Source: Bacteroidales bacterium (GTDB lineage: Bacteria; Bacteroidota; Bacteroidia; Bacteroidales; UBA932). Taken from it: DNA of 64,000 nucleotides. This document shows positions 27,657 to 38,100 of the stretch, piece after piece. The position numbers were made by a program, and so were the translations under genes. The stretch covers positions 2,551 to 66,550 of the forward strand of contig JAFUZO010000038.1 in assembly GCA_017476575.1 (NCBI GenBank), read 5' to 3'. Position 1 is the first letter of the stretch; every line of letters begins with the position of its first letter. The notes beneath the pieces were generated by a model. It searched no databases and had not been told where the DNA came from. It saw only the letters and a program-made list of their open reading frames with translations.

Positions 27657-28757
27657 CTACACCTTCAGGAAAATGCCGCGACGATAGAGAAGACGGAGGA
27701 TGAAAAAAAGGATTGTGACATTGCCGAAGACGATGAGGACGGGATACCCGGCCCATCCGCTGAACCCGTGCAGAAGGGAGGCGGAGACGGAAGAGAAGTC
27801 GACGACCTCGCCTATGCAGTACGCAGCGATGGAGTTCATGCCATAGTACTTGAGCCAATCCAAGCCGCGATGCCAGCCGTGTACATCCACAAGGTAATAC
27901 GTCAAGGCAATGAGCAGGAAACAGAGGCCGCCCGAGAACAGGGTCATGGAACTGCTCCAGATTTTTTTCACGATGGGGAACAGCGGGTCCAGTGCCAGGC
28001 CGGCCAGCACGAGGACGGCACCGGACAGCGCCAGGAACCCGGCCCGGGCCTCCGGACGGCGGCCGTTCCGCAGGATTTCCCCGGCAAAGCACCCCAGCAT
28101 CACCGTCACTGCGAAATTGAGGCTGGAAAGGATCCAGGTGTACTGGTATTCCCCGTCATAGCGCCATGAACCATCCGCCTTCCAGGTCACCCCGTCCCGG
28201 TGGGAGCCCAGGACGGCCTTGTCGACCAGCATGGCGATATTCCCCTGCGGGTCGAGGTCCATGCTGCCGGACAGGACGAAGGCCAGCGCGTACAAGGCGA
28301 AGAAACCAGCGCAGAAGGCGGCCTGGGCGCGCCAGTCGAAATGGATGAACAGCAGCGCCGCCACCACGTACCCCACGGCGATCGCCTGCAGGGTGTTGGC
28401 GAACGGATGGAACTGTTTCCAGTCGAAAGCCAGCAGGTTGCCCTGCACGACCCAGCCGAGGAAGAACAGGAGACAGAAGCGTCGCAGCAGTTTCAGGTAG
28501 AACGCCCGGTCCGGACGCAGACCGTCGCGGTACTTCCCCATCGAGAAGGGAATCGTGATGCCGGACATGAACAGGAAGAGCGGCATAATGATGTCCCACA
28601 GCACGAAACCGTGCCAGGGGACATGCTCGATCTGGTGCTGCAAGCCGGTCAGGCCGGGACAGACCTCCACCAGAGCGGCCGCCACCGGTCCAAAGAACAG
28701 CAGCAGCCAGAGGTCCGCCCCCCGCAGGATGTCCAGCGAAGCCAGCCGCCGGTTCAT
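27657..28757 (-). CDS. HGSNAT-like / DUF5009 transmembrane acyltransferase
   Basis: RLASLDILRG, H..W.GF.LWD.IMPLFLFMSG, TLQAIA, P.VKKIWSSS and GMNSI. The ATG at 28757 forms an ATGA overlap with the upstream stop. Confidence 0.85.
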   Translation of the reverse strand: MNRRLASLDILRGADLWLLLFFGPVAAALVEVCPGLTGLQHQIEHVPWHGFVLWDIIMPLFLFMSGITIPFSMGKYRDGLRPDRAFYLKLLRRFCLLFFLGWVVQGNLLAFDWKQFHPFANTLQAIAVGYVVAALLFIHFDWRAQAAFCAGFFALYALAFVLSGSMDLDPQGNIAMLVDKAVLGSHRDGVTWKADGSWRYDGEYQYTWILSSLNFAVTVMLGCFAGEILRNGRRPEARAGFLALSGAVLVLAGLALDPLFPIVKKIWSSSMTLFSGGLCFLLIALTYYLVDVHGWHRGLDWLKYYGMNSIAAYCIGEVVDFSSVSASLLHGFSGWAGYPVLIVFGNVTILFFILRLLYRRGIFLKV

Positions 28758-30160
28758 CGTGCCGTAAAGGTTGCAAGCACGTTCAGCCCCGTCGCCTCGT
28801 CCCACACTCCCTCGTTGGCGAGCCGGACGGCGAATTCAGGGTCGTCGTGCAGCGTCTCCGCCTCGTCCGGCATCCAGAGCGACACCCGGTAGGTCTGTCC
28901 GGCCTTCAGGCCGGCGGGCAGGGAGAGGGTCTCGGCATACTCATACGTATGTCCGCCCTTCCATTCCCGGGGGTCCTTCGGCGAGACGATCTCGTAACGC
29001 TCCGAAGGGTCGGCTGCATTGGAGAGCACCCAGACGAGCGGCCGCCGGTTGATCAGGGAAGCGAAGCCGACGTTCTTGAAATGGAGCCGGAGGGTCCAGG
29101 ACGCACCGGCGCGGAAATCCCCGTCGAACGCGGCACCCAGCAGCACGAACCGGTAGCCCAGCCGCTTCACGATGTCGTCGTAGCAGCCCTCGGAGGCCCA
29201 GACATTGTGCGTCTTCTTGTTGTAGGCTTCGTTGAGATAGGTCCAATGGTACTTCTCCAAGTTCTCATACGTGCTCAGACAGTTGCAGTAGGCCGTCGGC
29301 GCATCGCAGGTCTCGCCGCCCATCGAGACATAGTTCGTCTCGGCCGCCCACATCTCCCGGTCGGCACTGGACTTGTACGTCCCCACGTCGTCGGAACTGG
29401 ACACGAAACAGTCGTTGAAGGCGGCCACACGCGCGATGTCCCCCGGACCGAAGGCGGTCGCCGCCGTGATCGTGTCCGCGAGGGTGGTGCCGAGGATGCC
29501 CCGCTTGTAGCCGGCATAGCGGACGGCCACCTGCCGGGAGACCGGGACCGCATCCAGCAAGGCTGCCATCAAGGCGCGCCGGGGCTTGTAATCCTCATCC
29601 GTCCTCGGGTTCATCCCGTAGTTGTCGGTATAATAGCCCTCACCCCAGGAGCCCACGAAACCATATTGGACGACGTAGATGATATCCGCATATTCTTGGA
29701 AGAGCGGCTTGAGTTGTTCGACGTGCCGGAGGGTCTGGACCAAGGTCGCATCCCAGGGATGATCGCTCTCGGCATAGCCGTCCGAATACGCGAACCGGAC
29801 GATGGTCTTCACACCGGCCGTGCGATGGGCCTCCAGCGTGCTCCGGATGGATTGCAAGGCCTCCTCGCTGAGGTCCTTGTCCACAAACTCCATGATATAG
29901 AACTCCGAATAACTGAAGGTCTTGCCGGAGCGCCGGATGTTGCGGAGGGCGGCCGGCGTGCTGGGAGACGGGACCCTTCCGTTCCGGAAATAGAAGATAT
30001 TGGGAACGTAGAGGCCGCGTTCGGGGTTGCAGAAGTTATCCGTGTCCTCCACGTAGGAAACATCGTACCGGAAAGGAGTATCCACGGACGGCTCCTCCGT
30101 CGGCGTCTTGCCGCAGGCCGCCAGCACAGCGGCACAGAATAGAAGCAAAAACTTTTTCAT
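28754..30160 (-). CDS. DUF4832/DUF4874 lipoprotein, putative TIM-barrel glycoside hydrolase
   Basis: Lipobox LAAC, NPERG.Y, G.K.IVRFAY, GF.GSWGE, NDCFVSS.DD.GTY, GGETC and LGYRF.L. Confidence 0.8.
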   Translation of the reverse strand: MKKFLLLFCAAVLAACGKTPTEEPSVDTPFRYDVSYVEDTDNFCNPERGLYVPNIFYFRNGRVPSPSTPAALRNIRRSGKTFSYSEFYIMEFVDKDLSEEALQSIRSTLEAHRTAGVKTIVRFAYSDGYAESDHPWDATLVQTLRHVEQLKPLFQEYADIIYVVQYGFVGSWGEGYYTDNYGMNPRTDEDYKPRRALMAALLDAVPVSRQVAVRYAGYKRGILGTTLADTITAATAFGPGDIARVAAFNDCFVSSSDDVGTYKSSADREMWAAETNYVSMGGETCDAPTAYCNCLSTYENLEKYHWTYLNEAYNKKTHNVWASEGCYDDIVKRLGYRFVLLGAAFDGDFRAGASWTLRLHFKNVGFASLINRRPLVWVLSNAADPSERYEIVSPKDPREWKGGHTYEYAETLSLPAGLKAGQTYRVSLWMPDEAETLHDDPEFAVRLANEGVWDEATGLNVLATFTAR

Positions 30161-30867
30161 GGTTCATTGAAAGTCCCTGACACTTCCATTGAATAGGTCC
30201 TTTCTCCATCATGGAGTGTCACGGTAAAAATATGTTCGGGGATGGCTGGTGTCTCAATAAAAACCAGCAGGATTTCATGGGGCCAAATCAGGTACAAATC
30301 TTCCGGCGCAACATCTGAAACCCTCTTGCAAACCGGATAGAATTCCGTATTCAAATATTTACGGAACATACTGAGGTCCTGTGGAACGGAGGTAATGTCG
30401 AATTTATAGTTTCCCTTTCCGTCAATAACCGGTAACGCCCGGCTTGCCACTATCCACGTTTTTTCATTCAAAGATGCTCCCGCAGGAATTTCATTGAAAT
30501 CGGACGAACTGACAATCTCAATCAGGTTGAAGGGATTGACAAGGGCATCATACAAAGAAGGATTTTCCTGTTTGAGAAAATGCCCGGAGTTGTCTCCAAT
30601 CTCGTCACGCAGGGAAGCAGCCTCTTCTACTGACAGATACTTCGGGATACCCTTGAAACAGAGAAAATGATATGGAGATACACTCCGTAGACCGTCGGCA
30701 ATCGGGACGAGTCCTTCTATTTGGGCATATCCATCGATGAAATAACTGGAAGTGACCTCCTTTCCGGGAACAATGTCCACTTTTTCTTCCGATGAAACCG
30801 CCTCTGTCCTGTTGCAGGCAAGGGCCAGCAACATCATCATAACCCAACTGATTCTTTTTATCATCAT
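30157..30867 (-). CDS. Hypothetical lipoprotein (AT-richer than its neighbours)
   Basis: Lipobox LALAC. Operonic, with an ATGA overlap at the downstream gene. No recognised motif. Confidence 0.7.
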   Translation of the reverse strand: MMIKRISWVMMMLLALACNRTEAVSSEEKVDIVPGKEVTSSYFIDGYAQIEGLVPIADGLRSVSPYHFLCFKGIPKYLSVEEAASLRDEIGDNSGHFLKQENPSLYDALVNPFNLIEIVSSSDFNEIPAGASLNEKTWIVASRALPVIDGKGNYKFDITSVPQDLSMFRKYLNTEFYPVCKRVSDVAPEDLYLIWPHEILLVFIETPAIPEHIFTVTLHDGERTYSMEVSGTFNEP

Positions 30868-30908
30868 TCAAAAGATTATGGCCGGATACCGTCTACGATT
30901 TTCAGGAC

Positions 30909-32483
30909 TTATTGTTTTTTAAAATAAGGCAGCCGGTCCAGGGGAACGGTGATGTCATGGCTTCCGCCTTCATAGATGACGCCGTCGTCGGAACACCAGG
31001 TTCCTTCCGGGAGAAGGACGGTCCGGGTGGTGCCGGGGGTGAGCATCGGGGCGACCAGGATGCTGTCTCCGAGCATGAACTGGTCGGTCACGGTAGCAAA
31101 TCCCTGGTGCGGGAACACATATTCAAGCGGACGGACGACGGGATCTCCCGTCTCCGCCGCATGGAGATAGAGCGCTTCGATGACATCCATCAGCGACTCC
31201 CGCACCGAGACCGCCTTCAGGACGGCCTGGTAGTGCGCCGCGTCCAGCACCCGCCAGGGGGCCAGGGAGAACTGCATCATCGGCATGAGGGCATGGACCT
31301 GGGCGGACCGGACGACGAGGTCCGGGTCGGTCTCCCCGTCGAGGAAGGTCTGGAAACTGCCTCCGCCGACCATGTCGGGGCAGGAGAAAGCGTAGCCCAT
31401 CAGCCCTTCCGCCAGCATCTCCGGAATGAGTTTGCCGAGGTCGGCCCAGGAATGCTCCTTGTCGTGAAGGCGCTGGACCACCGCCTCACCGGCATGCCGC
31501 CAGCCTGCCCGGAGTTCGTTGTAGGGATACTTCCGGGCCAGTTCCACGAAGCGGGAGCACTGTTCATAGCCGGGGACATCCCCGCCACAGGCCAGGGCAT
31601 CGGAAGGATAGAAGCCGAAATCGGCGGCATCGAACTTGAACCCGTCGATGCCGTAGTCGTCCATCAGCCGCTGCAACTGGCGGTCAAACCAGGCGACGGA
31701 CTCGGCGTTGGAGAAGTCCAGCACGGCGGACGTCCCGTTCCACCAGCGGACCGGATACGGATCGGACGCCTCCGCCCAGGTCGGTGCGCCGGACAGGAGG
31801 AAGCCCTTGAACGACATGATGTCCCGGCAGACGAGGTACTGGTCCATGCTGACGAAGGGGCAGACCCACAGCATGACCTTGAAGCCCATCCCGTGCAGGG
31901 CGTCGACCATCGCCTTGGGGTCCGGGAAGCGGCCCGGTTCGAACTCCCAGCGGCCGTAATCCGCCTGCCAGGTATCGTCGATCATCAGGATGCCCGGCGG
32001 AAGGCCGTGGTCGAGGATGCCCCGGGCATATTGCAGCACCCCTTCCTGGTTCTGGTCGTACATGAGTTCGATCCAGGTATTGTACTGCGGCATCCGGTAG
32101 AACTCCGCCGGAGGCAGGGTGCCGTCGGCGGGGAAGAAGCGTTCCGAGGCCGCCCGAAAAGCACCGGCCAGGTCCGAGGCCGGTTTCTCCGTCACCACCG
32201 CCGTACCGTCGATGACAATCCGGCGGCCGTCGATGCGGAAGCGGAAGGGGGTCTCGCTCCAGACATACCGTCCCTCGCTCGTCAGCAGCAACGGATTGAC
32301 CTGGTTTTCGGCATTGTCCGCACCGTCGGCGGAGAATCCGTCCGGGAAGGGCATGGCGCTGCCATCCTTGATCCGGCAACCCCAGACCCGCTCGCCGTCG
32401 GAAAGGGGGATGACCGTCTGCGGGGCCGTACAGGCCGCCGCCAGGAGAAGCATCGCCACGAAGGAAGGGAACTTGGTCTGCAT
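30909..32483 (-). CDS. Glycoside hydrolase family 31 (MYORG/KIAA1161-like clade)
   Basis: YNTWIEL, ILMIDDTWQ..YG, nucleophile motif GIDGFKFDAAD, PDMVGGG, MQFSLAPW and DQFMLGD.ILVAP. Confidence 0.9.
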   Translation of the reverse strand: MQTKFPSFVAMLLLAAACTAPQTVIPLSDGERVWGCRIKDGSAMPFPDGFSADGADNAENQVNPLLLTSEGRYVWSETPFRFRIDGRRIVIDGTAVVTEKPASDLAGAFRAASERFFPADGTLPPAEFYRMPQYNTWIELMYDQNQEGVLQYARGILDHGLPPGILMIDDTWQADYGRWEFEPGRFPDPKAMVDALHGMGFKVMLWVCPFVSMDQYLVCRDIMSFKGFLLSGAPTWAEASDPYPVRWWNGTSAVLDFSNAESVAWFDRQLQRLMDDYGIDGFKFDAADFGFYPSDALACGGDVPGYEQCSRFVELARKYPYNELRAGWRHAGEAVVQRLHDKEHSWADLGKLIPEMLAEGLMGYAFSCPDMVGGGSFQTFLDGETDPDLVVRSAQVHALMPMMQFSLAPWRVLDAAHYQAVLKAVSVRESLMDVIEALYLHAAETGDPVVRPLEYVFPHQGFATVTDQFMLGDSILVAPMLTPGTTRTVLLPEGTWCSDDGVIYEGGSHDITVPLDRLPYFKKQ

Positions 32484-32493
32484 GAGATTCAGG

Positions 32494-32520
32494 AAAAAAG
32501 GGGGAGGTGCCGGCCTCCCC
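32494..32520 (-). terminator. Intrinsic terminator within PUL2, after the surface lipoprotein gene
   Basis: The minus strand reads GGGGAGG-CCGGCA-CCTCCCC-CTTTTTT. Confidence 0.7.
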
Positions 32521-32531
32521 CGGGAAAAGAT

Positions 32532-33350
32532 TTAGTCGAGGGCAGGAAGGTCGACGGACAGGAGGGCCGTCTTGGCGAGGGACTCGCCGGCCGTCTGCTT
32601 GGCAGTCGGGAGCAGGCCCACCAGCGTCCAGTTCGAACTCTGGACGATGACACCGATGTTGATCTTGTTGCCGGTGATCTTCGGCATGAAGGCACGGACG
32701 AAACTGATCTCATACTTGATGATGTTGCCTTCGCGGACGCCGGCGCCCTTGAAGAGACCGTCGCGGGTCACGTCCTCGCGGGCCGGAGGGTTGACGGCCC
32801 AGATGTCCGTTCCGTCAGCACCGGTGAACTGGAAGAGCGCACCGTCGGAGAGGTCGCCCGGCTGGTCGCCGAAGATGGTCGCGGACTCGAAGAAATACTC
32901 CCAGCCGGCCGGTTCTTCCCAGCACCAGTTGATGCCGCCGGTCGCCGTGTTGGCGTCCGCATCGAAATAGATGTCGATCGGGCCCGCCGCGGCCTTGCCC
33001 AGCGTGGAGCCGTCCCAGTTGACACCGCCCTGGTATTCTACGGACATGTCGACCTCCACATACACATAGATGTAGGTGCCGTCCGCCGTGACCTTCAGGG
33101 TCTTCAAGGCATCGACCCGCTGGTTGTCGGGCTGTGCCCAGCCGACATTGGCGGCGTCGAGGGTGGCAGTCACCGCATTGGCCTTTGCCCAGTCGTCGAA
33201 CTTGCCGTCGATGGTGATGGCGAACTCGGTGTCATCGCCCTCGTCATCGTCTCCTTTCTTCTTGTTGTCGTCACTCTTGCTGCAGGCAAGGAACGAGACC
33301 GCGGCGGTCATCATGACCGCGGCTGCGAGAAATGAAAAATTACGCTTCAT
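32532..33350 (-). CDS. Surface lipoprotein, probable SusE/F-like glycan-binding protein
   Basis: Lipobox FLAC followed by an acidic KSDD export-like signal and ITIDGKFDDW. Lies directly after susD. Confidence 0.6.
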   Translation of the reverse strand: MKRNFSFLAAAVMMTAAVSFLACSKSDDNKKKGDDDEGDDTEFAITIDGKFDDWAKANAVTATLDAANVGWAQPDNQRVDALKTLKVTADGTYIYVYVEVDMSVEYQGGVNWDGSTLGKAAAGPIDIYFDADANTATGGINWCWEEPAGWEYFFESATIFGDQPGDLSDGALFQFTGADGTDIWAVNPPAREDVTRDGLFKGAGVREGNIIKYEISFVRAFMPKITGNKINIGVIVQSSNWTLVGLLPTAKQTAGESLAKTALLSVDLPALD

Positions 33351-33403
33351 GTAAATGGTGGTTAATGGGTTGATGTTTTTGTTATTGATTCAGATGGTAC
33401 ACT

Positions 33404-35113
33404 TTATCGTTCGTTCTGCGGGATGTGACTCACGGACACCTCGCCGTAGGGAATCTGGTAGGGAATCCGCTTGTCATCGGGGGCGATGACACCCCACGGC
33501 TGGCAGCCGCCGTACCGGCGGTCCAGCGACTTCTTGTTGCGGAACTGGTCCATCGGACGGTGTCCCTCGAAGCAGAGTTCCATCCGGCGCTCGTCGAGCA
33601 CGAGGTCCACGATGTCGTCGTAGCCCCGCTCCGCCATGTTGGCCGCCGTCATCTCCGCCTCGCCGGTGAGTCCGGCCCGTTCCCGGATGACCTTCACGTC
33701 CTGGAGGGCGCCCGCCGTGTTGCCCAGGTGGGCATAGGCCTCGGCACGGTTCAGGATGACCTCGGCCCAGCGGATGACGATCGGGGAATTGAGCACGTTG
33801 ACCCCGCCGTCCATGTTGGCGAACTTCTTCATGTAGATGGTCGGGAAGGTCCGGTTGAGATAGCACTGGTCGGACACGCTGACCTTGATGTCCTCGCCGC
33901 CGTAGGTGATGTAGGTCTCCGGGTAGGTGTTGACGATGCGGGTCTTGACGGTATAGGAGCCGCCGTCCGGGCCCTTGCAGACATACGCGCCGTCCGCGCT
34001 CCGCGTCGGGGCGGTGTCCGACCACATGGAACGGTAATCGGTGCTCGCGTCGGCGATCGGCCAGTAGACCATCTTCCGGTCGGCATTGTGCTGGTAGGGC
34101 TCGGCCATCGTCCGGTAGCGGAGGTCCTGCGGATAGCGGTTGAACAGGTCGATGAGCGGCTGTGAATAGTAGATCTCGCCCCATCCGCCGGCGCCCGGAC
34201 CGGCCGTCGTACCGGTCTCGCTGCTGTAGGAATAGAACATGGAGCCCATCGAACCCTTCTGGTCGGTCCAGTCGGACGGAATCATCGCCACGCACCAGAG
34301 CACTTCCTTGGAGGTCTTGGACTTCCAGAACAGGTTCTCGTAGTCCGGGTCCAGTTTGGAAGCCGGGTCGGCGCCGGCCAGCACCTCGTCCACCACGTCG
34401 ATGCAGTCCTGCCAGCGTTCCTCGTAGAGATAGACGCGCGACAGGATGCCCATCGCCGCCTCGTAACTGGCATAGCCGTTGTTGCCGCGGCGGCTTCCTC
34501 CCTTCATCAGTTCCGCCGCCTTCTTCAGGTCCGCCTCGACCTGGTCGTAGCATTCGCCGACCGTGGAGCGGTGGGTCTCGGAGCAGTCCGTGGAGGTGCG
34601 CAGGACCACGCCGAGGTTGTCCCGGCCGTGGGAATACGGGAAGGAATAGATCTGGAGGAGGTGGAGGTGGACCACGGCCCGGATGAAGTAGTTCTCACCC
34701 AGGATATGGCGCGACACAGCATCCCCGTCCTCCGGGATGGCGTCGATCATCGCGTTGGCGCTGAACAGGATCTTGTAGGCGATCCACCAGAAATAGCCGG
34801 TGTTGCCCTCCGTGGACACATCCTTGTAGATGATTGCGGAGTTCAGCGGGTCGGTCGTGTAGCCGCACAGGGTGATGTTGTCGCCCCGGAACTCCGCCAT
34901 CTGGAAGTAGTGGCGGACATAGGAGTTGGCCGAATAGACCATGCCGTCGTACATCAGGATGGCCTTGAACATGGCATAGGTGCCGTCCGTGACGACGGTC
35001 GAGTTGGACGGGTCCTTCATCGATTCGGACGAGAGGGCATCGGACGGGAACTTGTCGAGGTTGCAGGAGACCGCCGCAAGCAGGGCGCCCAGCATATAGA
35101 GTATCTTCTTCAT
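33404..35113 (-). CDS. susD: RagB/SusD family lipoprotein
   Basis: Lipobox AVSC, GENYFIRA, RWAEVILNRAEA and ERRMELCFEGHR. Confidence 0.95.
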   Translation of the reverse strand: MKKILYMLGALLAAVSCNLDKFPSDALSSESMKDPSNSTVVTDGTYAMFKAILMYDGMVYSANSYVRHYFQMAEFRGDNITLCGYTTDPLNSAIIYKDVSTEGNTGYFWWIAYKILFSANAMIDAIPEDGDAVSRHILGENYFIRAVVHLHLLQIYSFPYSHGRDNLGVVLRTSTDCSETHRSTVGECYDQVEADLKKAAELMKGGSRRGNNGYASYEAAMGILSRVYLYEERWQDCIDVVDEVLAGADPASKLDPDYENLFWKSKTSKEVLWCVAMIPSDWTDQKGSMGSMFYSYSSETGTTAGPGAGGWGEIYYSQPLIDLFNRYPQDLRYRTMAEPYQHNADRKMVYWPIADASTDYRSMWSDTAPTRSADGAYVCKGPDGGSYTVKTRIVNTYPETYITYGGEDIKVSVSDQCYLNRTFPTIYMKKFANMDGGVNVLNSPIVIRWAEVILNRAEAYAHLGNTAGALQDVKVIRERAGLTGEAEMTAANMAERGYDDIVDLVLDERRMELCFEGHRPMDQFRNKKSLDRRYGGCQPWGVIAPDDKRIPYQIPYGEVSVSHIPQNER

Positions 35114-35118
35114 CGTTG

Positions 35119-38100
35119 TCAGAATTTAAGGTTGATGCCCAGGGTGACCGCCCGGCCGACGGGATAGTTCATGGAGTACATGCCCGCCAATTCATACATC
35201 GTGCTTTCCAGCCGGACCTCCGGGTCCATACCGGAGAAACGGGTGTAGGTGTAGAGGTTGTCGCCGGAGATGAAGACCTTGGCGCCCTGCAGGTGGATGC
35301 GCCGACAGACGGCCTTCGGCAGGTCGTAACCCAGCGTGACGTTCTTCAGGCGCAGGAAACTGCCGTTCTCCAGGTAGCGCGAACTGATGCCGTCGGCGTT
35401 GTGGTTGCCGCCGGACACGGCCTTCGGGTGCGTGGCGATGTCGCCCGGCTGCTCCCAGCGGCTCCAGCCGAGCCCGTTGTCGATGGACATCTGGTTGTAG
35501 TCGGTATAGTGGCCGTCCGTATCCATGGTTACGCGGGTGTAGTTGAAGATCTTGTTGCCGACCACGTAGTTGAAGTTGACCGCCAGGCTGAAAGGCCCGT
35601 AGGTGAACGTGTTCACCAGGCCGCCGCTGAACAGCGGGGAAGCGCAGCCCACAATCTGCGAATCGTTGTCGGGGTCGAAGACGTTGGTGAGTTCCGTTCC
35701 GGTCACGTTGCCTTCTGCATCCTTGATAAGATGCTCCCATTGAGGATCGCCGTTTTCAGGATTGACGCCCATCCACTTAGGCATGTACCAGGAATACAGG
35801 GATTCACCCTCGCGGATGATCTGCCGGGCGCTGTTGCTGCCGACGGTCTGGATGATGTCCTCGCCGTCCGGAAGCGTCAGGACAGTGTTCCGGTTGAAGC
35901 CGATGTTGAAGCCGGTCGTCCAGGTGAAAGCCCGCTTCCGGATGTTCGTGGAGTTGACGGCCACCTCGACGCCCCGGTTCCGGATGGCGCCCATGTTCTT
36001 GGTGATGCTGGAGAAGCCGGTGGAAGGGGCCGTCGGCACATCGAGCAGCAGGTCGTCGTTGAGGATCTGGTAAAAGTCCAGGTTGACCTCCAGGAAGTCC
36101 TTGACATTCAGGTCCAGACCGAGGTTGGTCATCCGGGCGACCTCCCAATGGAGGTAGGGGTTCTCCTGCTTTTCCGGATACATGCCCACGACGCCCTGGT
36201 ACTGGACGGCACTCTCGGCGGCATAGGTGGAAAGGTAGGAATACGGGTCGATGCCGGAGTTGCCGGTCTCACCGTAACTGGCACGCAGTTTCAGGAAGGT
36301 GATGGCGGGGAAGTCCTTCATGAATTCCTCGCCGGTGGCCAGCCACGCGGCCGAGACGGACGGAAAATAACCGATCCGCTGCTTGGGGGCGAACACCGAA
36401 TTGGCATCGGCCCGGAGAGAGGCGGTGGCGATGTACTTCTCCTTGTAACTGTATTGGGCCTGTCCGAAGAGGGACCAGCCCTCCCCTTCGACCCAATAGC
36501 CGCCCACACTGTTCGGGGAGGCCGCATTCAGGACGGTCAGGCCGCTCTTCATCCCGACGCCTTCCGCCCAGGTGTAGTCGTTCTTCCACAGGCCCCATTC
36601 CTGGCCGAGCATGGCCGTGACATGGTGGTCCTCCGCGAAAGTCTCCGTGTATTTGAGCAGGTTGGAGGTGGAGAAACTGCGACCGGTGACGACATTCTTC
36701 TGAATCACGCCGTCCGGATACGAGGCACTGGCCGTCCGCGGGTCGATGACCAGTTTCCAGGTGGAGGCGGAGGTCCCGTAGCGGTTGGTCGTCGTGAAAC
36801 TGAGGTGGTCGGTGATGCGCCAGAGCAGTTGCAGGTCCGCCGTCAGGCCGTGGCCATTGGACTTGGAGGAGTTGTAGAGTTCGTTATGGAAGATGTTGAT
36901 CTTGTCGTGGGAATACCACGGCTGGCCGTTGTCGGAACGGGTGCCGCTCGACACCATCAGGTATTCGCCGGTGTTCACATCGTACGGATTGTCCCACGGC
37001 GACATCCGGTAGGCCGATTCGAGGGTGACATAACTCGACGTCCCCTGGTTGTTCTCGTCGTTGAAATGGAGCCGGAGGTTCATGTCCACCGCCTTCGAAA
37101 GTTTCAGGCCGAGGTTCACACGGCCGGTCGTGCGGGCGAAATCCGTGTTGATGAGGGTGCCCTTCTCCCGGTAATGGTCCAGGCTGACGAAATAGGTGGC
37201 ATTGTCCGAACTGCCGGCCACGGAAGCGTAGTAGTCCTGCGTCGAGCCGAGCCGGAAGGCCTCGTCCATCCAGCTGAAGTCCTGGTCGAGCAGGGTCTTC
37301 GGATACAGGATGTTAAAGATAGCCTTTGGATAGATGGACTTGCTCAGGTCGTAGAGTTCTTCGGAATTCATGGGACGGAAACGCCCGCTGAGGGCCTGCT
37401 TGACACCGGCCTGGGCCTTGAACTCGACCGCGGTCTTCTGGCCGGGGGTAGCCTTCTTCGTCGTGACAACGATGACCCCGCCCGCCGCATCGGACCCATA
37501 AATGGCGGTGGCCCCGGCATCCTTGAGGACGGTCAGGGTCTCGACGTCGTTCGGGTTGAAGGATCCGCCCGGGATGCCGTCCACCACATAGAGCGGGGCG
37601 GCGTTGGCGGTGATGGAGCCGGTGCCGCGGACCCGGATCTGGGCCGCCTCGCCGGGTTGTCCGGAGGCGTTGTAGACCAGCACGCCCGCGACCTTGCCCT
37701 GGAGCATGTTGCCGACGTCCGGCGTGGCCACATCGCGCAGGGTCTCGCCCTGGACGGTGACGACGGAACTGGAGAGTTCGGTCTTCTTGGCGCTGGAGTA
37801 GCCCATCATGACGACGGCATCCAGGAGGTTCAGTTCGGGTTCCATGGCGACGTCGAGGACGGTGCGGCTGCCGACGGGCACAGAGACGGTCCGGTAGCCG
37901 AGGTAACTGAACTCGAGGATGCCGTCCGGGGCGACTTCCACCGTGTAGCGGCCGTCGACGTCCGTGAAGGCGCCGGTCTGGGTGCCCTGGACGAAGACGC
38001 CGGCCCCGATGACGGGCTGGCCGGCGGCAGCGTCGGTGACGGTGCCGCGGACGGTCCGCCGGGCCGGTTTCGCCGGGGTGGCGGACGGGGCGTCACCCTT

